From: Paecilomyces variotii
Taxonomy: Eukaryota
NCBI GenBank assembly: GCA_004022145.1
Contig: RCNU01000003.1
Strand: one strand, 5' to 3'
DNA: 64,000 nt
In this document: piece by piece, positions 1-13,237 of the stretch
Layout of the letters: every line of letters begins with the position of its first letter
How positions within the stretch are numbered: position 1 is the stretch's first letter
Position numbers and translations under genes: made by a program
Notes under the pieces: generated by a model
The model's input: only the letters and a program-made list of their open reading frames with translations
Databases searched by the model: none
What the model was told of the DNA's origin: nothing

Positions 1-147
1 CGCAGGAAACAAAGACCGCCTGCTCAGGAACGACACGCTATCCAACAAGCACCACGCGGCCTAACCGTCGATGCGGAGGAAGCTCCGGCGCGGAGCGGGC
101 CGACATTGTTCCGGCGAACGGGGCAAGTTTATGCTGTGCCTGTGTGA
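1..147 (+). CDS. 3' end of an unidentified gene entering from the left edge (...ARSGPTLFRRTGQVYAVPV*)
   Basis: Frame 1 is open from base 1 to TGA 145-147. The GC-rich, codon-like sequence is followed by an AT-rich 3'UTR-like tract. Confidence 0.5.
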   Translation, partial: RRKQRPPAQERHAIQQAPRGLTVDAEEAPARSGPTLFRRTGQVYAVPV

Positions 148-631
148 TAAACATATTCAACGAATCCTCCATTTAGTTATATGTATTATCAGTTATCACC
201 TACTGTAGTAATTAACATTGTATATGTTCTTTGGATGTGAGGAGGAGAGACGCCCAAATTCAGGGCACTTGTTGTTAGTTAAGGCATGGGGTCCATGGAC
301 GTTGCCTGATCTTAAGTATGTACTTATTCCAATTGCTTCAATGAGATAGTCTTGCGATCATTAAACGGTCTAGTACTAACAAATGATCCCTTGACCCAAA
401 TAGAGAAAAAAGACTTGGGTTGTCGACTCCGTATCATACTCACTTTTGTATATACTCTAGAGCCTCGCAGTGACGTTGCGCCTGACTAAGCAATCGGCCC
501 CATCGCAGCTCCGCCCTTACAGTAACGGCGACAGCTCTATCCGCTTCCCAATGTTGGCATTGTCTGCTGGAGACTCTCCATGTTTATCTTGAACCTCCCA
601 GCTGGAATCTTCCTTCCAGCTACGGTCAATT

Positions 632-3600
632 ATGGGACCGGGAGATGGTATCGCCAATCCCCGCAAGCGAAGGAAGCTCAGCCCGCGCAACGCTGCTCCC
701 TACGTTCTCCAGCAGCTTCTCGATAAGGTACCGTTGATAACGGAAGAGACTGGGCCAGATGTCCATATTACATGCGTGGAATACTGGAGTGAGTGAAACC
801 GGCCACCGCTTATAGAGAGATTTCCTAACAATGAATGCAACGGCATAGATGACAACCTCTACATCGGAACCTCCGTCGCGGAGATCCTGCACTTCGTTGC
901 TCTTCCCGCAGACCCATCGGATGCTACAGACGACAAGACCTTCATTCTAGCGTCGAGATTGCCCATTGTAGGGTCTCAAAATGCCCCTACAGGGACGCAA
1001 CCTCGTGGGATCCAGCAAATACTTCTTCTCCCCCGCGTTAACAAGGCCTGCATCGTCTGCAATGGCGTCGTCACTTTCTACACGCTGCCGGAACTCAGCC
1101 CGGCATTCGGGAATACGAAGGTCCCCAATTGTAAATGGATCGGAGGCCTCGATCTGAACCAGAGGATAGATGACACAACTGCAGAGAAACCGGTTATCAT
1201 GGTGGCCCTGCAGAGCAGAATCATGCTCGTCAGGATTGGAGATGATGTGCGACGGGTCAGAAACATTGAGTTTCCAGGATGTCTGGTCGCGTCGCGGAGA
1301 AACACAATCGCCTGTGTCGCCGATGGATATTCGTACTCTCTACTCGATGTAGAGCACCAGCAAAAGATTCCTCTGTTTCCGATATCGTCTTCTAGCGAAG
1401 TCTTCCAGTCCGGGCACGTGGAAGATATCCCACCCAGGCAGTATCACTCACCCCAAAGGTCAGGCACACCATCAGGGAATTCTCCTGGTCACAGACGAAG
1501 CGACAGTTTGAATGCGCCTTTAGATAGTCTAGGAGGACGTCAGCGCAGCCCTCACGGTCCCGGCAGATCTGGCGCTGGGACACCAGACCCTTTTATGGCA
1601 ACGGAGACGTCCAGCAGATCAACATCTCAGGACCGTAAATCTCCTAGCCCAGCAAAAGATCTCCCAAGTCCTCCAGCTGAAGAATCGCAAGGCGCCACTG
1701 CCAACAAACAAAAGCCCCTGCCGCCTCCTCCAAAAGTGTCCTCGGCAACGCTGAAGCCACACATTGAGTCTCCGACACCCTCTGAATTCCTGCTAGTTAC
1801 GGGGACAGAAGCCTCGGAGCCTGGAGTTGGTATGTTTGTGAATATGGATGGCGATGTCGTCCGTGGCACAATGGACTTTCACAGGTATCCAGAAGCGGTT
1901 GCCGTCGATAGTACGCAAAATAATGGCGAGGAACAACCAAGTACCGGCACCGAAGAGGGCTTTGTACTCGCTGTCGTAGAAGTCAACGAGGATGGGAAAC
2001 TGCGCAAACGCATTGAAGTTCAACGATGGGACATCGATCCGGGCGAAGGAGAGAGGCAAAAATCATGGGTCGAGATACCGGCGCCAGACGATGCTCCAGT
2101 ACCACCGGTTGGCATCCGTCATACTATGAGTTCAAGCCAAATCGGTCTCCGGAATGTCGAGGAATTGCTACGTATGGTCCGACTGAAGACTCCTCCGCCA
2201 CGTCTTTCGGCCCTTCCGGCGGACCCTCGGACCCAGGAGTCTATAGAGCAATTGCAGAAGGAGAAAGAGCTGTTCGAGTCCCAGGAACTCAACGATTCTG
2301 ACGGCCCTAAGAAGGGTCAGGCTGGGTCGCAGCGCAGCTGGGAGGTGGAGCGTAATATAGAAGAAGCTAAATTTGCGCGTGGATTAGGTGTTACGCGAAG
2401 CAGTCTCATCATGTGGTCCGGCGACCAAATCTGGCGAGTGCTGAGGAATCCTCTCACCGTTCAACTCGACAACGCTCTTGGAGCGGCGCGCGAGTCGGCA
2501 GACAATGAAGAGACTGCCATCGATAGAGAGTCTATCAGGAGCTTGATAGATTCCATTCAGGACACGGAACCACGAACTGAAGCCGAATTTCTTGGTCTCA
2601 ATTATATTCGACAGAAAGCCAGTCTCTTGCTTTTCGCAGATCTCATATCCATGGAACCACGCGTCCGGAATGAAAGCGTGATAAGGTCTACGGAAGAGGT
2701 ATTGGTGAGTGGAGGAATAGATCCAAGAATCGTCTTGTTGATGATTCCGCTACTGCGGTCTGAAGTGCTCCAAGGACCGCAAGGCATCTGGGTCCACCAT
2801 GGACTCGCTGCAGCCGCCGAGCCTCACATAGAAATCTCGGAAGATGGACAAGGTACACATCCAAAGCCCTTGGATAATGCAGTTCTCGATATGATCAAAC
2901 AGTATCTCCTCTCGTGGCAGCGCAAGAGAGGGTATGGCAGTATTACGGATGAGAACTTTGTCTTTGACAGCGTCGATGCTGCTCTTCTACATCTACTTTT
3001 GGAGCAGGACTCTCAACTCATGAAGCGAGGAGTGCCGTCTGTCAGTGTCCGAGCCGAGCTGAACAAACTAGTCGACAACTGGAAAGGCAACTTTGACCGC
3101 GCAGTGGAGCTCCTCGAAGCATATAACAGGCTCTTTGTGCTTAGCCGGCTGTACCAGAGCCGAAAGATGTCCAAGAACGTATTGAAGTCGTGGCGCCGAA
3201 TCGTCGAAGGCGAGAAAGACCTTGGCGGCGAGGTCACACCGGAGGGCGTTCAGATACACATGCGCAAGTATCTGGTGAAGATCCGAGATACGCAACTCGT
3301 TGAAGAGTACGGATCATGGCTTGCCGCTCGGCATCCAGCTCTTGGTATCCAAGTCTTTGCGGATGATAGCAGCAGAGTCAAGTTGGAGCCGGCGGAGGTT
3401 GTCGCGTTGCTCAAAAAGCAGGCTCCAAACGCGGTCCAGGTGTATCTAGAACGCCTGGTCTTCTCGAAAAACGTGAGTGACATGGCTTCCACAGGCTTTA
3501 CTTTCGAGTTAGCTAACCATCTCCTCAGCTCACTCAATACGCTGATGACCTTATTGCGTATTATCTGGATACTGTGATATCCGTGCTGGACTCGTCTCCT

Positions 3601-4443
3601 GCCGCTCGGGAGTCGTTAACAGAATCCTACGCGACATACCGCGCTCTTCGGCCGCCGAAGCCCTCCTATCTCAACTTCATCACGGAGAATGCGCCGTCTG
3701 AACCTTGGTGGCAATCTAGGCTACGACTTCTTCAACTTCTCGGTGGTGGTTTTGGTACTCGGTATACGGCCATGCCTGCGCCTTCGAATTTATCTTATTC
3801 CATTCCTACAGTCCTTGCTCGAATTGAGCCATATCAAAACGAGCTTGTCTCAGAGTGCATAATCCTCGACGGTCGCCAGGGCCGTCATCAGGAAGCTTTG
3901 CGTCTCCTGACTCACGGTCTCGGGGATTACGACTCTGCCATCCGATACTGTCTTTTCGGCGGTCCTTCCAGTACCGCATCCGCAGACGCGCCAGTTGAAC
4001 TGCCTAAAGTATCCGATCAATCGGGTCTCTTCAAGCACCTCCTATCCGAGTTCCTCCGCATCCAGGACCCTTCCGACCGAATCGAACGGACCAGTGACCT
4101 CCTGTCACGCTTTGCGTCCTGGTTTGACGTCGGCGAAGTCCTCGCTCTCGTGCCCGACGACTGGAGTGTCGACATCCTCAGCGGTTTTCTCACACACGTA
4201 TTCCGCGACATGGTATCGCACAGCCGCGAAGCGAGACTGCAGCGCGCACTCAGCGCGAGTCTCAACCTGCAAGTCAGCGTAGCCTACATCGAAGGGACTG
4301 AGAAGGTGGGCGGCTGGATCGAGGACGACGAAGGCCTACGAGCATTGAAGGGCGGACCGGCCCCGGTTCCACGGGAGATCGACGATGGTCAAAGCGACTT
4401 TGGCGATATGGTCAGTGCTGCGCGTGATGTCACTGGCCAGTGA
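632..4443 (+). CDS. Vps39/Vam6/TGFBRAP1-family (CNH domain) vacuolar tethering protein; 3 exons
   Basis: ATG 632 (MGPGDGIANPRKRRK...ITCVEYW). Intron 789-848 (GTGAGT..CTAAC..TAG) gives NDNLYIGTS, a CNH-type start. Intron 3473-3528 joins the 872-aa and 289-aa ORFs in frame. C-terminal 'GRHQEALRLL..LGDYDSAIRYC' and 'LVPDDWSV' are typical of this family. Confidence 0.85.
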
Positions 4444-4917
4444 CGGGCTGGCTAGTTAGTTCAAATATATGATTTGTTCGTTGACAATATTACTATACTA
4501 TTGAGATGATACCTCGTTTGAGCCTGTTTAGCGAACAGCGATGAGTTTATGTCTGCTTTCAATGTGTTATATAGCGACAGCGCGTGTATCAATGATGACA
4601 TGCACGGTTATTACTGTCGGATATGGATCTGCGCCTACCTCTCTCTCTTCCTTTATGGAATCAGTATTTTATCAAATCGCTAGTAAATACTGCGCTTTGA
4701 AATATATACGTATTTCCTAGATCATAGTATAACGAGGCGAAAAGGAAGAACGTCCCATACTCTTCATTCCTCATCTCTCTTTCCCTAAGCATACTGCTCC
4801 ACACACAGCCATGGTCATAAACAAGGGAATACGCGCTCATAAAAAAGAAATCCTCAAGCTCACGAACAAACAAACCGAAAAAAACTCAAGTATTTTTAGA
4901 ATAATTAAACCAACCAC

Positions 4918-5992
4918 TCAATCCAAATCCGGAATAGGCAATCCATTCACGATCTTGACTTTTCTCCCCAACTTATCCAATGCCTCTCTGGATCGCTGGT
5001 CTCTCAAATTACTGGACTCCTCCTCAGTGACGAGAACAAAATCGTACGTCATCAGATGACTGCCTTCGGGCATGTCGTACTTCTTCGCGAGGGTGGCGTC
5101 GACTTTGCCTAGGTCGACGACGAGAGTGTCCTTGACGCCGAAGACGGCGTCGGATGTTTCGTAGGGGTCGTTGCGGAGGTAGAGGGCTCTGTTGGTTGGG
5201 TTGTTAGTTTGGTTTTTTGCTTCTTCTTTTTTATTTTATTTAGAGGGGTTGGTTGGGGGAAAAGGAGACGAACGTAATCAAGTGATCGTAACCCGGCTTC
5301 TCAAACATAAAATGCATATGCGAAGGTCTGTACGGATGACGATGGAGTTTCTTCAACAGTCTACCCACAGGTCCATCATGCGGAATCGGATACGGCACGG
5401 GCTTAATAGCCTTGAACCAGAAAATACCATCCTTATCACTGCGCATGATACAACGACCATCAGGACCGTTCCGCTCCGCATACTGCACGTCGTAGTGGCC
5501 CGTCGAGTCAGTCTCCCAGATATCGATCTTACAATCGGGGATCGGTCGGCCTTGCGTATCCTTCAGCGTGCAGAGGACCAGGAGTGGCTCTCCCTTGGGA
5601 TCCTGCGACAGGGCCGAACCAGCGACCATCTCCTCGGCCTCGTGGGTGTGGAAGGGTCCCAGGACGGTGCCGTCGGTGGAACCCGCGGGCTTGGGGTGAT
5701 CGATCGAGTCGACCAGCAGCGAGAGACCGAGCACGTCGGATAGGAGGATGAACTCCTGTCGCACGTCGCTGCAGATCTGGCCGACTTCCGTCAGGAAGAG
5801 CAGACCGGCCATCCATTCTTTGGTGCTGAGGCGGGTTTCGCGCGCAAAGTCGTGCAGGTGAGTGACTAGTCTCTCGAGGATGTATTTCATGCGGGCATCC
5901 TCGCATTGGGAGTTGATGAGGATGACATTCTCGGTGATGTTGTCGATGGTGAGGTCCTTGAGAGGAGGGATGCTGACTTGAGAGGGGTCCAT
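4918..5992 (-). CDS. Intradiol ring-cleavage dioxygenase (hydroxyquinol/catechol 1,2-dioxygenase family); 2 exons
   Basis: Motifs QEFILLSDVLG, TVLGPF, G-x-YDVQY, PYPIPHDGP and RPSHMHF. An intron at about 5189-5274 restores 'LITALYLRNDPYETSDAVFGVK'. Stop TGA at 4918-4920. Confidence 0.92.
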
Positions 5993-7438
5993 GGTATGTT
6001 AAGTATGTAATGGTGTTTTCTGTTCCTCTCGTCCTCGACTTGATCACAATGGTAAGTAATGTAACTAACGTAGGCTCTGCTTTCTGATTTAGTTATTATT
6101 TTTCCCTGCCAAATAATAACAAGTACTTATCATATCAGTCGTATTAGCAAAAGGAAGAAAAAGAAGAAGAAGAAGAAGAAGAAGGAAAAGACAACCCCCC
6201 CCCCCGCCACCCCCAGCCACCCCCACCCCGGATGAATTTCAATCTGGTGGAACAATAATAATAATAATAAATGGCCTATTATTATGATTCTGCTAGTTTA
6301 GCAACGATCATTTTCTTCTTAACTTTTACCCCACATCCCTCTTCGGCAATTGACCACCCGGGAGTTCCTTTCGAGTTTCTTCCCCCTCTCCGGACAACTC
6401 ACCGATTTCTGATTACTACTACAGTACTACTAGTTACTGTTCGACTAATCTAACTCGCTAGTTGGTTAGTTAGTTAGTTAACTTAATTGATGGGTTAACT
6501 TGTTATTAACAGTTAATTACTACTAACTAAAAGAATTGTACATAATAGCTGACGAGCTGGACGGAATTCCCCCGCTGAACTCTTAACCAGCTATACCTAG
6601 AGTATATTATTATCATTATCGTCAAACCCCCTTAATAAACTAAACTGTACCACACAATGAACTAGAACTAACCAGTTAGCTTCGGTACGGCTGTACGATG
6701 ATAATGATTATCTCCTCGACTTGGCCACCTGGAGAGCTGGATCTTCATGATCTTCCCGGGGCTCGGAATTTCCGTACTACATAGATAGTTATTCGTTTGG
6801 AATTATGGTATGTCTCATGCGCACGGATATTTTTTCTTCCTGCGGGGTGAAGAATCGGGTAATTATTTTAGCACTTCCCGCGAACTTGATCCAGATTGCG
6901 GGGATTGGAAATCATCATCGCTGTACCTGGATCGAAGCTATTAACTGACTACGTATACGTGCGTATGTATGTACAAGAAAGACAGTCAAGAAGGAAACAA
7001 AATATAGCAGATGAATTATTGTCTGACAAAGTTCAAACAAGACACCACTCAAGATGTACAAGCCATACATACACACAGGAGAGAACAGTTTAATATAGGC
7101 GGAAAGATGAAGAAGTTGAAGACAAAAACAGCAGGGTAGTGCAGACACCCCGTGGGGTGTCTGTGTCAAATGCTACACAAGGACGCCCAGGATATCCCGA
7201 CGCCAACGAAAACTAATCCAAAGTCGCTCAACTCGCTCGGACAATAATGATGACACACGGCTATCTCTGCAGCCAAGACACGGAGCTTTTCAATCCATGC
7301 AAAACAAGAGGGGAAAAAGATGCTGATCAAACGAAACCATGAATATGGCGATTGTTCGGTAAGTCCCATAAACGAGACAACATGTCATGATATCAGGAGG
7401 AAGGAGAAGAAAACGCGTTGCAGACCGCAGATGTAGGA

Positions 7439-9386
7439 TCATGCCTTGGCCATCCTCCGTTCTCGGTCTCGATCTGTGATATCCTCTCCCCGTTCCTTCA
7501 CAGCGGCCGCCACGCGTGCATGATGATCGACGGTATCCATGATGGCCTGCATCAGCCGCTGGTTGGCATCGGGATCATCGTCATCCTGCACCGGGCCGTT
7601 GCGGTTGATGCTGAGCCGTCGATCATGACTCGAGACCGCGCTGCCCTGGATCTCACTGGCAGCACGGCGAGGTAAAGCAGGTTCCCGGGATTGCTGGGAC
7701 TGTTGCGTTTCCGAAGCGGGACGGCTAGGGGCGGACTCACTGCGGGAATTGTTGCCCGGCACCGGTTCTCGCTCCCGCTCCGCTTGAGTCGGAGGCGGCG
7801 CGGCAGTGTCCTCGCGGTGGGATTCATCCGTGGCCTCCCGGTTGCGGACCGGCGGCCGGAATTCTCGCAGCTCCTCTTCCTTGACGTCCTTCCAGGAGCA
7901 CTTGGCGTGCTTCTTGGTGCAGCCCATACATGCCGTCAGGTTCTTCAGACAGTCCATGTGAAGACGACGGCAGCGGTCGCATGGGGGCAGCACGCGCTCG
8001 CCCCGTTGCAGCTCTTCCATCCGCGTGACCATTTCCATCTTGTAGGGACCACCGTCGTCGCGATCGTAGTGACTGGATGATTTCGGTGGCGGCAGCAACG
8101 ACGATGGGGTACTGGGGATCGCCACCGTCCCGGACACTCCGGCATATACGCTGGTGGAGTATTCACTGGCGTCCGAACCGCGAGGCCGCGGACGCGCAGA
8201 TTGGCGGCCCATCTGCTGCATATCCTCCTCGGGCGGGTATCCGCGAGCTTGACGATCAGCGGTGGTAAAGAATTTCTTCATCAACTCGGCACGGGTGGTC
8301 GGAGATGCGCCCTTGATCGAGGTCCCGTTGATGATGGTGATGTTCTCAGCATTCGGGTGGGAAAACATGAACTGGGAGGATAGATTGCTGTTCTCCTCCT
8401 GCGGCTGCTCTGCCGGACCGGCACGGTGCGTGTTGACAGCGACGAAGCCAGAGGGGGGCGACTGGGGATTGGCATGACCGTTGCTGTTGTTGACGGGACC
8501 CTGAGGGACTCCGTTGGCGTCCCGCCAGGCCGGACTGATCGAACGGGATGTCTGCGAGTGCAGGGACGCGTCGTTCTCCCGTCTGCTGATGATGGCCGTC
8601 CTGCGGTTCTTCAGACGATGGTTGAGCTGTCGTGCGCGCGCAGACACTATCCAGGACAGACCAGTTAGCATTTCCTCGTAGATAGAACCTAGACCGTTTT
8701 CTTTTTCAAAACGTACCTTGATCTGCCATCTGGATGATTTGCTGCAGATTCTTCTCGAGAATCTCCAGGGCGCCCAGTTCCTTCTCCTCGTCCTCGACGA
8801 TCGGTTGCGGGGGGATCATTTTCTGCGGCATGCCCGAGGCGATCAACACGTAGTCTTCCTCGGAGATCTCGACGCGACACTGCTTCGTATAGAACTGGCA
8901 GACGCGCACGCCATTGCGGGTCTTTTCCAGGTTGAACTGCTCGGGCTTGTTCTTGGCGAATTCGACGATATCCAGCCAGGTGACTGTACTGCCCTCCTTG
9001 CCGTGGGATTTGAGCACATGCGGGGGCCCGTCAAACAGGCGCTCGAAGCGCTTGATCAGGATGGGGCCCAGGGGACACGCGCCCAGGTTGCCGGCGATAC
9101 TCTCATGGCGATGCAACACGCCGTCGTACTCGCCAATGAGTCGCAGGATGGCGGGCAATGTATCCTCCGTGGAGACGAGCGGGAGGTTGTCGGAATACTG
9201 GCGCGCCAGGTAGTTGATCTGCAGGTGGTTCGAATGCGTCTTGGGGACTTTGGAGGCAATCGGGGGCAGTTCACTGGACGGAGACCGGGGTCGCTTGGTA
9301 GGAGGCTCCGCCGGCGCGGTTGTTCTCGAGTCCATGGCCACGGGGGGACGACGGGTTGCTTCAGCCAAGCTGGGGGAATTCAACAT
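7439..9386 (-). CDS. Hypothetical fungal protein with a Zn2Cys6-spaced cysteine motif in its C-terminal half; 2 exons
   Basis: Intron 8647-8716 (GTACGT..CTAAC..TAG) joins the 226-aa and 410-aa ORFs (MADQ|VSARAR). Motif CDRCRRLHMDCLKNLTACMGCTKKHAKC = Cx2Cx6Cx6Cx2Cx6C. Confidence 0.8.
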
Positions 9387-10353
9387 GATCGAGGCAGCGT
9401 TGGGGACTGCTTCGACGAGCGGTCAGGCGGACCGGGCGACGCTGCTGGTTGAACGACCGGACGTCTTACCGGGAGCGGAGCAGAGGCGCACGAGGCGCTC
9501 AGCACGGGGAGGGCCGGGACAGCGCAGGCAGAACGGATACTCGTGGATTGAAAGGACGCAAATCGCAGTTGTCGCAGTTGGGAAGAAGCGTCTGGATGGC
9601 GGAGAGAGGGAGAGAGGGAGAAAGAAAGGGGAGGAGAGGAGAGGAAGGAGAGGGAGGAGGAGCGAGTACAGGAGAGGAGAAGAGGAAAGCGTCGGGGCGA
9701 ACAGAGGGCGAGGAGGGGGGAGACGGGAGACGGGTTATGGTTAGGTTGGGTTGGAAGAGGGTGGAGAGGCGGACGGAAGGGCTGAGCGCGCGCAGGGAGA
9801 GTCGGGGTTATTATTATTGTATTATTATTAGGCAGAGAGAGAGAGTCTAATAATAAAAATAAAATTACTCGAGTCAGCTAGAGCCCTTCAGGTAGCTGGA
9901 GGGGCGCGCGTCGGGAAAGCTTCGCAGCACCACTAGAGAGCAGTTGGGCGCAACCGCTGTGTGTTTGCGCCGTGCAAGTTAACGACTCTACGGTGGCTGC
10001 TCTAGTTATTGTTATTATTATTATTATTACTGTCCTGCTGCATTCCTCTCAAGAAGAAAGAAAAAACACCCTGGATCTGATCCGGTTTCTCGAGGTTTCT
10101 CGACGATCGAATCGAATAATAATATGGAACAAACGAGGTCAGGCCGCAGCATGGATGAAGTCGGGGTGGGCGGAGTCGCCATCCCGCCGGACTTTTCCGC
10201 TGGCCGTTTGACTCGAACGGGCTGGTCCGGAGGGCTTATGGTAACTGATACAATAATAATACCGTCTCTGATACCGTTTCGTCTGGCTTCGAGCGGAACG
10301 ACCGTCGAGTCTCTGGATCTATCTCCTGGACAGTCTGGCCTACAGTGACTTTG

Positions 10354-10380
10354 ATTATTATTATTATTATTATTATTATT
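10354..10380. repeat. (ATT)9 microsatellite, with shorter ATT runs scattered through 9800-11020
   Basis: Directly visible. Confidence 0.9.
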
Positions 10381-11388
10381 ATGATTAACAGGTCTCATAC
10401 TTATAACTATAACTACTACCATAATAATTATTATTATCTATCCTATAACTAACGATCCTGTCGACCGCTCCGGATGCACGGATCGCCTAGAGTAACGCCG
10501 CGACGGCCGATGGGGACCGGTCGGCATTGCGCAGGCCAGACCCGATTCGAAGCGGACGGAACAAAACCAAAACACTGCTCAAGTGACCTCGAGCGGTAAC
10601 TAACTACTAGTTGGATAAATTAAATAATCATTACCCCAGGCACACACACATAAACATAGCCCCCAATTATAATAATGTGTCACCCTGAAGCCATCAGTAA
10701 CTAGCTCAGACAGTATTATTATGATTATTACTTAGCTTACCTACCTAGGTAGGTAGCTAGATAGTAGACAGTGACCCCGTCCAAGTCCAGTCCAGCCCCC
10801 GTGTTGTTGTTGCTGCACACTCGGGCCTAGACAGCCGACTAACTTAACTTACCCCCGTCATCGGGCGTTACATACCAATACAGCAATAATACACACAGCG
10901 CGGTCCGGACAACATCTCTCGTGCTGAAGCCATCCTTCGCTTTCCCCCTCCCCCCCCCCAATCCCCATCCTATCACGGACTGTTCTCGTCACTTACTCTA
11001 TCTATTATTATTATTATTCTATTCCATCCAAAGCAGTCCTGAACGACAGCTGTTGGACTCGTTTGGGTGCGTCCCCAAGAAAAATCCCTCATAGAGTACA
11101 CACACTCCTCTCCCGTCCCCTCCCCTCCCCTCCCTTTTCCCCCTCTGAACCAACACCCGTCTTTTTTTCTTTTTTGCTTTCCCCCCTCCCCCCTCTCCCC
11201 TCTCCCCCCAACCTCCCCGCGCACCGTCCGTCCCCTAGGCTGCTCTGCTGGCCCCCTCCGCCCTTTCGATCCGCAGAGATTTCCAGACAACCTTAGACAA
11301 GGGACCCCCCCCCTAACCAGAATACCAGACCAGACCCGACCAGACCAAACCACATCAGACCATATCAGTGCCAGCTCGCAGCCAAGCC

Positions 11389-12086
11389 ATGTCCGAGCGA
11401 GGTTCCTTCCGAGGGGGTGCCCGAGGCCGCGGCGGAGGTGAGCATCGAGGCGGCCGTGGCTCCCACCCCACCCAGCACAGAGGTGGCGGTGCCGGTGGCG
11501 GTGCCCAGCAGCAGGAGAAGCCCAAGAAGGAAAACATCCTCGACCTCACCAAGTACATGGACAAGCAAGTCAACGTCAAATTCAATGGCGGCAGAGAGGG
11601 TAAGTTTAGTTTATTTTAGTTCAATTTACTTTAATTTACTTTAGTTTTATCCTGTCCGGTCTTGTTTTGTTAGATTAGATATACTGATCATCTCTTATCA
11701 TTTTTATCATCATTCGATCTTGCCTTGTCTTGCCCTTAAAATCATCATCGCCCATTAACTACTTGATCTCACTAACCATCTATTATTATTATTTTCAGTC
11801 ACTGGCACTCTCAAGGGCTATGACCAACTCATGAACCTCGTTCTCGATGACGTCAAGGAAGTCATGCGCGGTAGGTTATTTCTCTTTCTTCATGCCACTC
11901 GATACTCCATTCTCTCGAGCCATCACATCTAACGTTAACATCTTGATAAATCTTCCAGACGACGAAGGCAATGAGACCACCCGCTCCCTCGGCCTGGTCG
12001 TCGCTCGAGGCACCCTTCTCGTACTGATCTCCCCGGCCGACGGCTCCGAAGAGATCCCCAACCCTTTCGTCCAGCCCGAAGAGTAA
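11389..12086 (+). CDS. LSM7: U6 snRNA-associated Sm-like protein Lsm7 with an N-terminal RGG-rich extension; 3 exons
   Basis: KKENILDLTKYMDKQVNVKFNGGRE|VTGTLKGYDQLMNLVLDDVKE...RSLGLVVARGTLLVLISPADGSEEIPNPF. Introns 11600-11798 and 11871-11958. Confidence 0.95.
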
Positions 12087-13237
12087 AATTCCGTCTCTCT
12101 TCCAATCGCTTGCTATCCAATTATCACTAGCAGGCACTCACGTCGACGCGAGCCCAGTGAATAGACGATTGAAAGCTTCCATATACCGGATCCTTTCTAT
12201 ACAGTCTTAATTCTCACTAGGCGCGTCTTCTCTTTATTATCTTCCTCACTGTATCAATGAGGAAAAGCCATCGACCCTCTTCTTTTTTTTCTTCTTATTC
12301 TCCTTCTTCGACGAGAAAAAGGAAAAAGAAAACCCCCCAACCTACACATACCATGCCCTATAACAGCACTAAGCTGAGCTGGGGAAACCTTCTCCTAACG
12401 AATTCAAACGAATTATATTATGCTCATGATCATACATGGTCCTTGATATCTATTTCCTGGGGGGGCATGGACAAGAGAACAACCAAAAACAAAATGTATG
12501 ATATCTCTTTTTCTTTTGAAGGTAGAATTGGAAAATGAAAACCAAAAAATAAATGAGATAATGTATATTGTCAGTCACATGCGCGTAGGCACCCGAGCAT
12601 TTGGTTATCTATATTACATATGGTACGTATCGTGGCTGGTGGTCTCCGCTCCGTCGGCCACCCTCCGTACCTTGTTCCTCCGCCCTGCAACCCCTCCCTG
12701 TCCGCCCTACCCCGCTCACCTCAAGCACTCTGCATGCACCCAAAATAAATCCAGATGGAAACAAGGTGGAACAAAGTGAAATTCATATTTTTCTAGATAG
12801 CTGTGTACATATAACCCTTCTCCACATGTTTACGTTGCTGAGATTCTAGCCAACTCACTGACCACCAGATACTTTTCTGCTCGCTGGGCTGATCGTCACC
12901 GCTGCCTTCTGATATCATGCCCAACCCCGGGACCATCAGACTGCTTACTGGTCTCGTCGCTCCTGTTCAAAAAGACAAGACCAGCCATCCGGCAAGGCTA
13001 AAACTGCAAGAAAGGTGCCAGGAACGTTTCAGACGCCATCGTCAACCAAACTCTTCAAGTCATCAAAGTAATCCGTGTCATGCTTCGTAAAACACTCCTT
13101 CCTACATCTTCCCTTTCTCTCACAGCACCCCGCACATCGGGGGCACTAACATTGCAACCGTACGCAGAAGCGAAGACACCCACGGCAAAGTCTGTCATCA
13201 CCCTTTCATCTCCAAAACAGTGAGAAACACACAAGAG

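Noticed and set aside
8718-9744. Long + strand ORFs (244 aa, 176 aa), and similar ORFs at 5192-5743, 34275-34937 and 37793-38563
   Set aside because: These are antisense shadows of GC3-rich genes or purine-rich promoter tracts, with no motifs.
9911-10245. GGGAAAGCTTCG and GGGCTTA reminiscent of RNase P/MRP conserved regions
   Set aside because: I could not form the P4 pairing or find the other conserved regions.
10738-10755. 18-bp perfect palindrome TACCTACCTAGGTAGGTA
   Set aside because: It is built from simple TAGG/CCTA units that recur in intergenic DNA here (for example near 20170), and has no transposon context.
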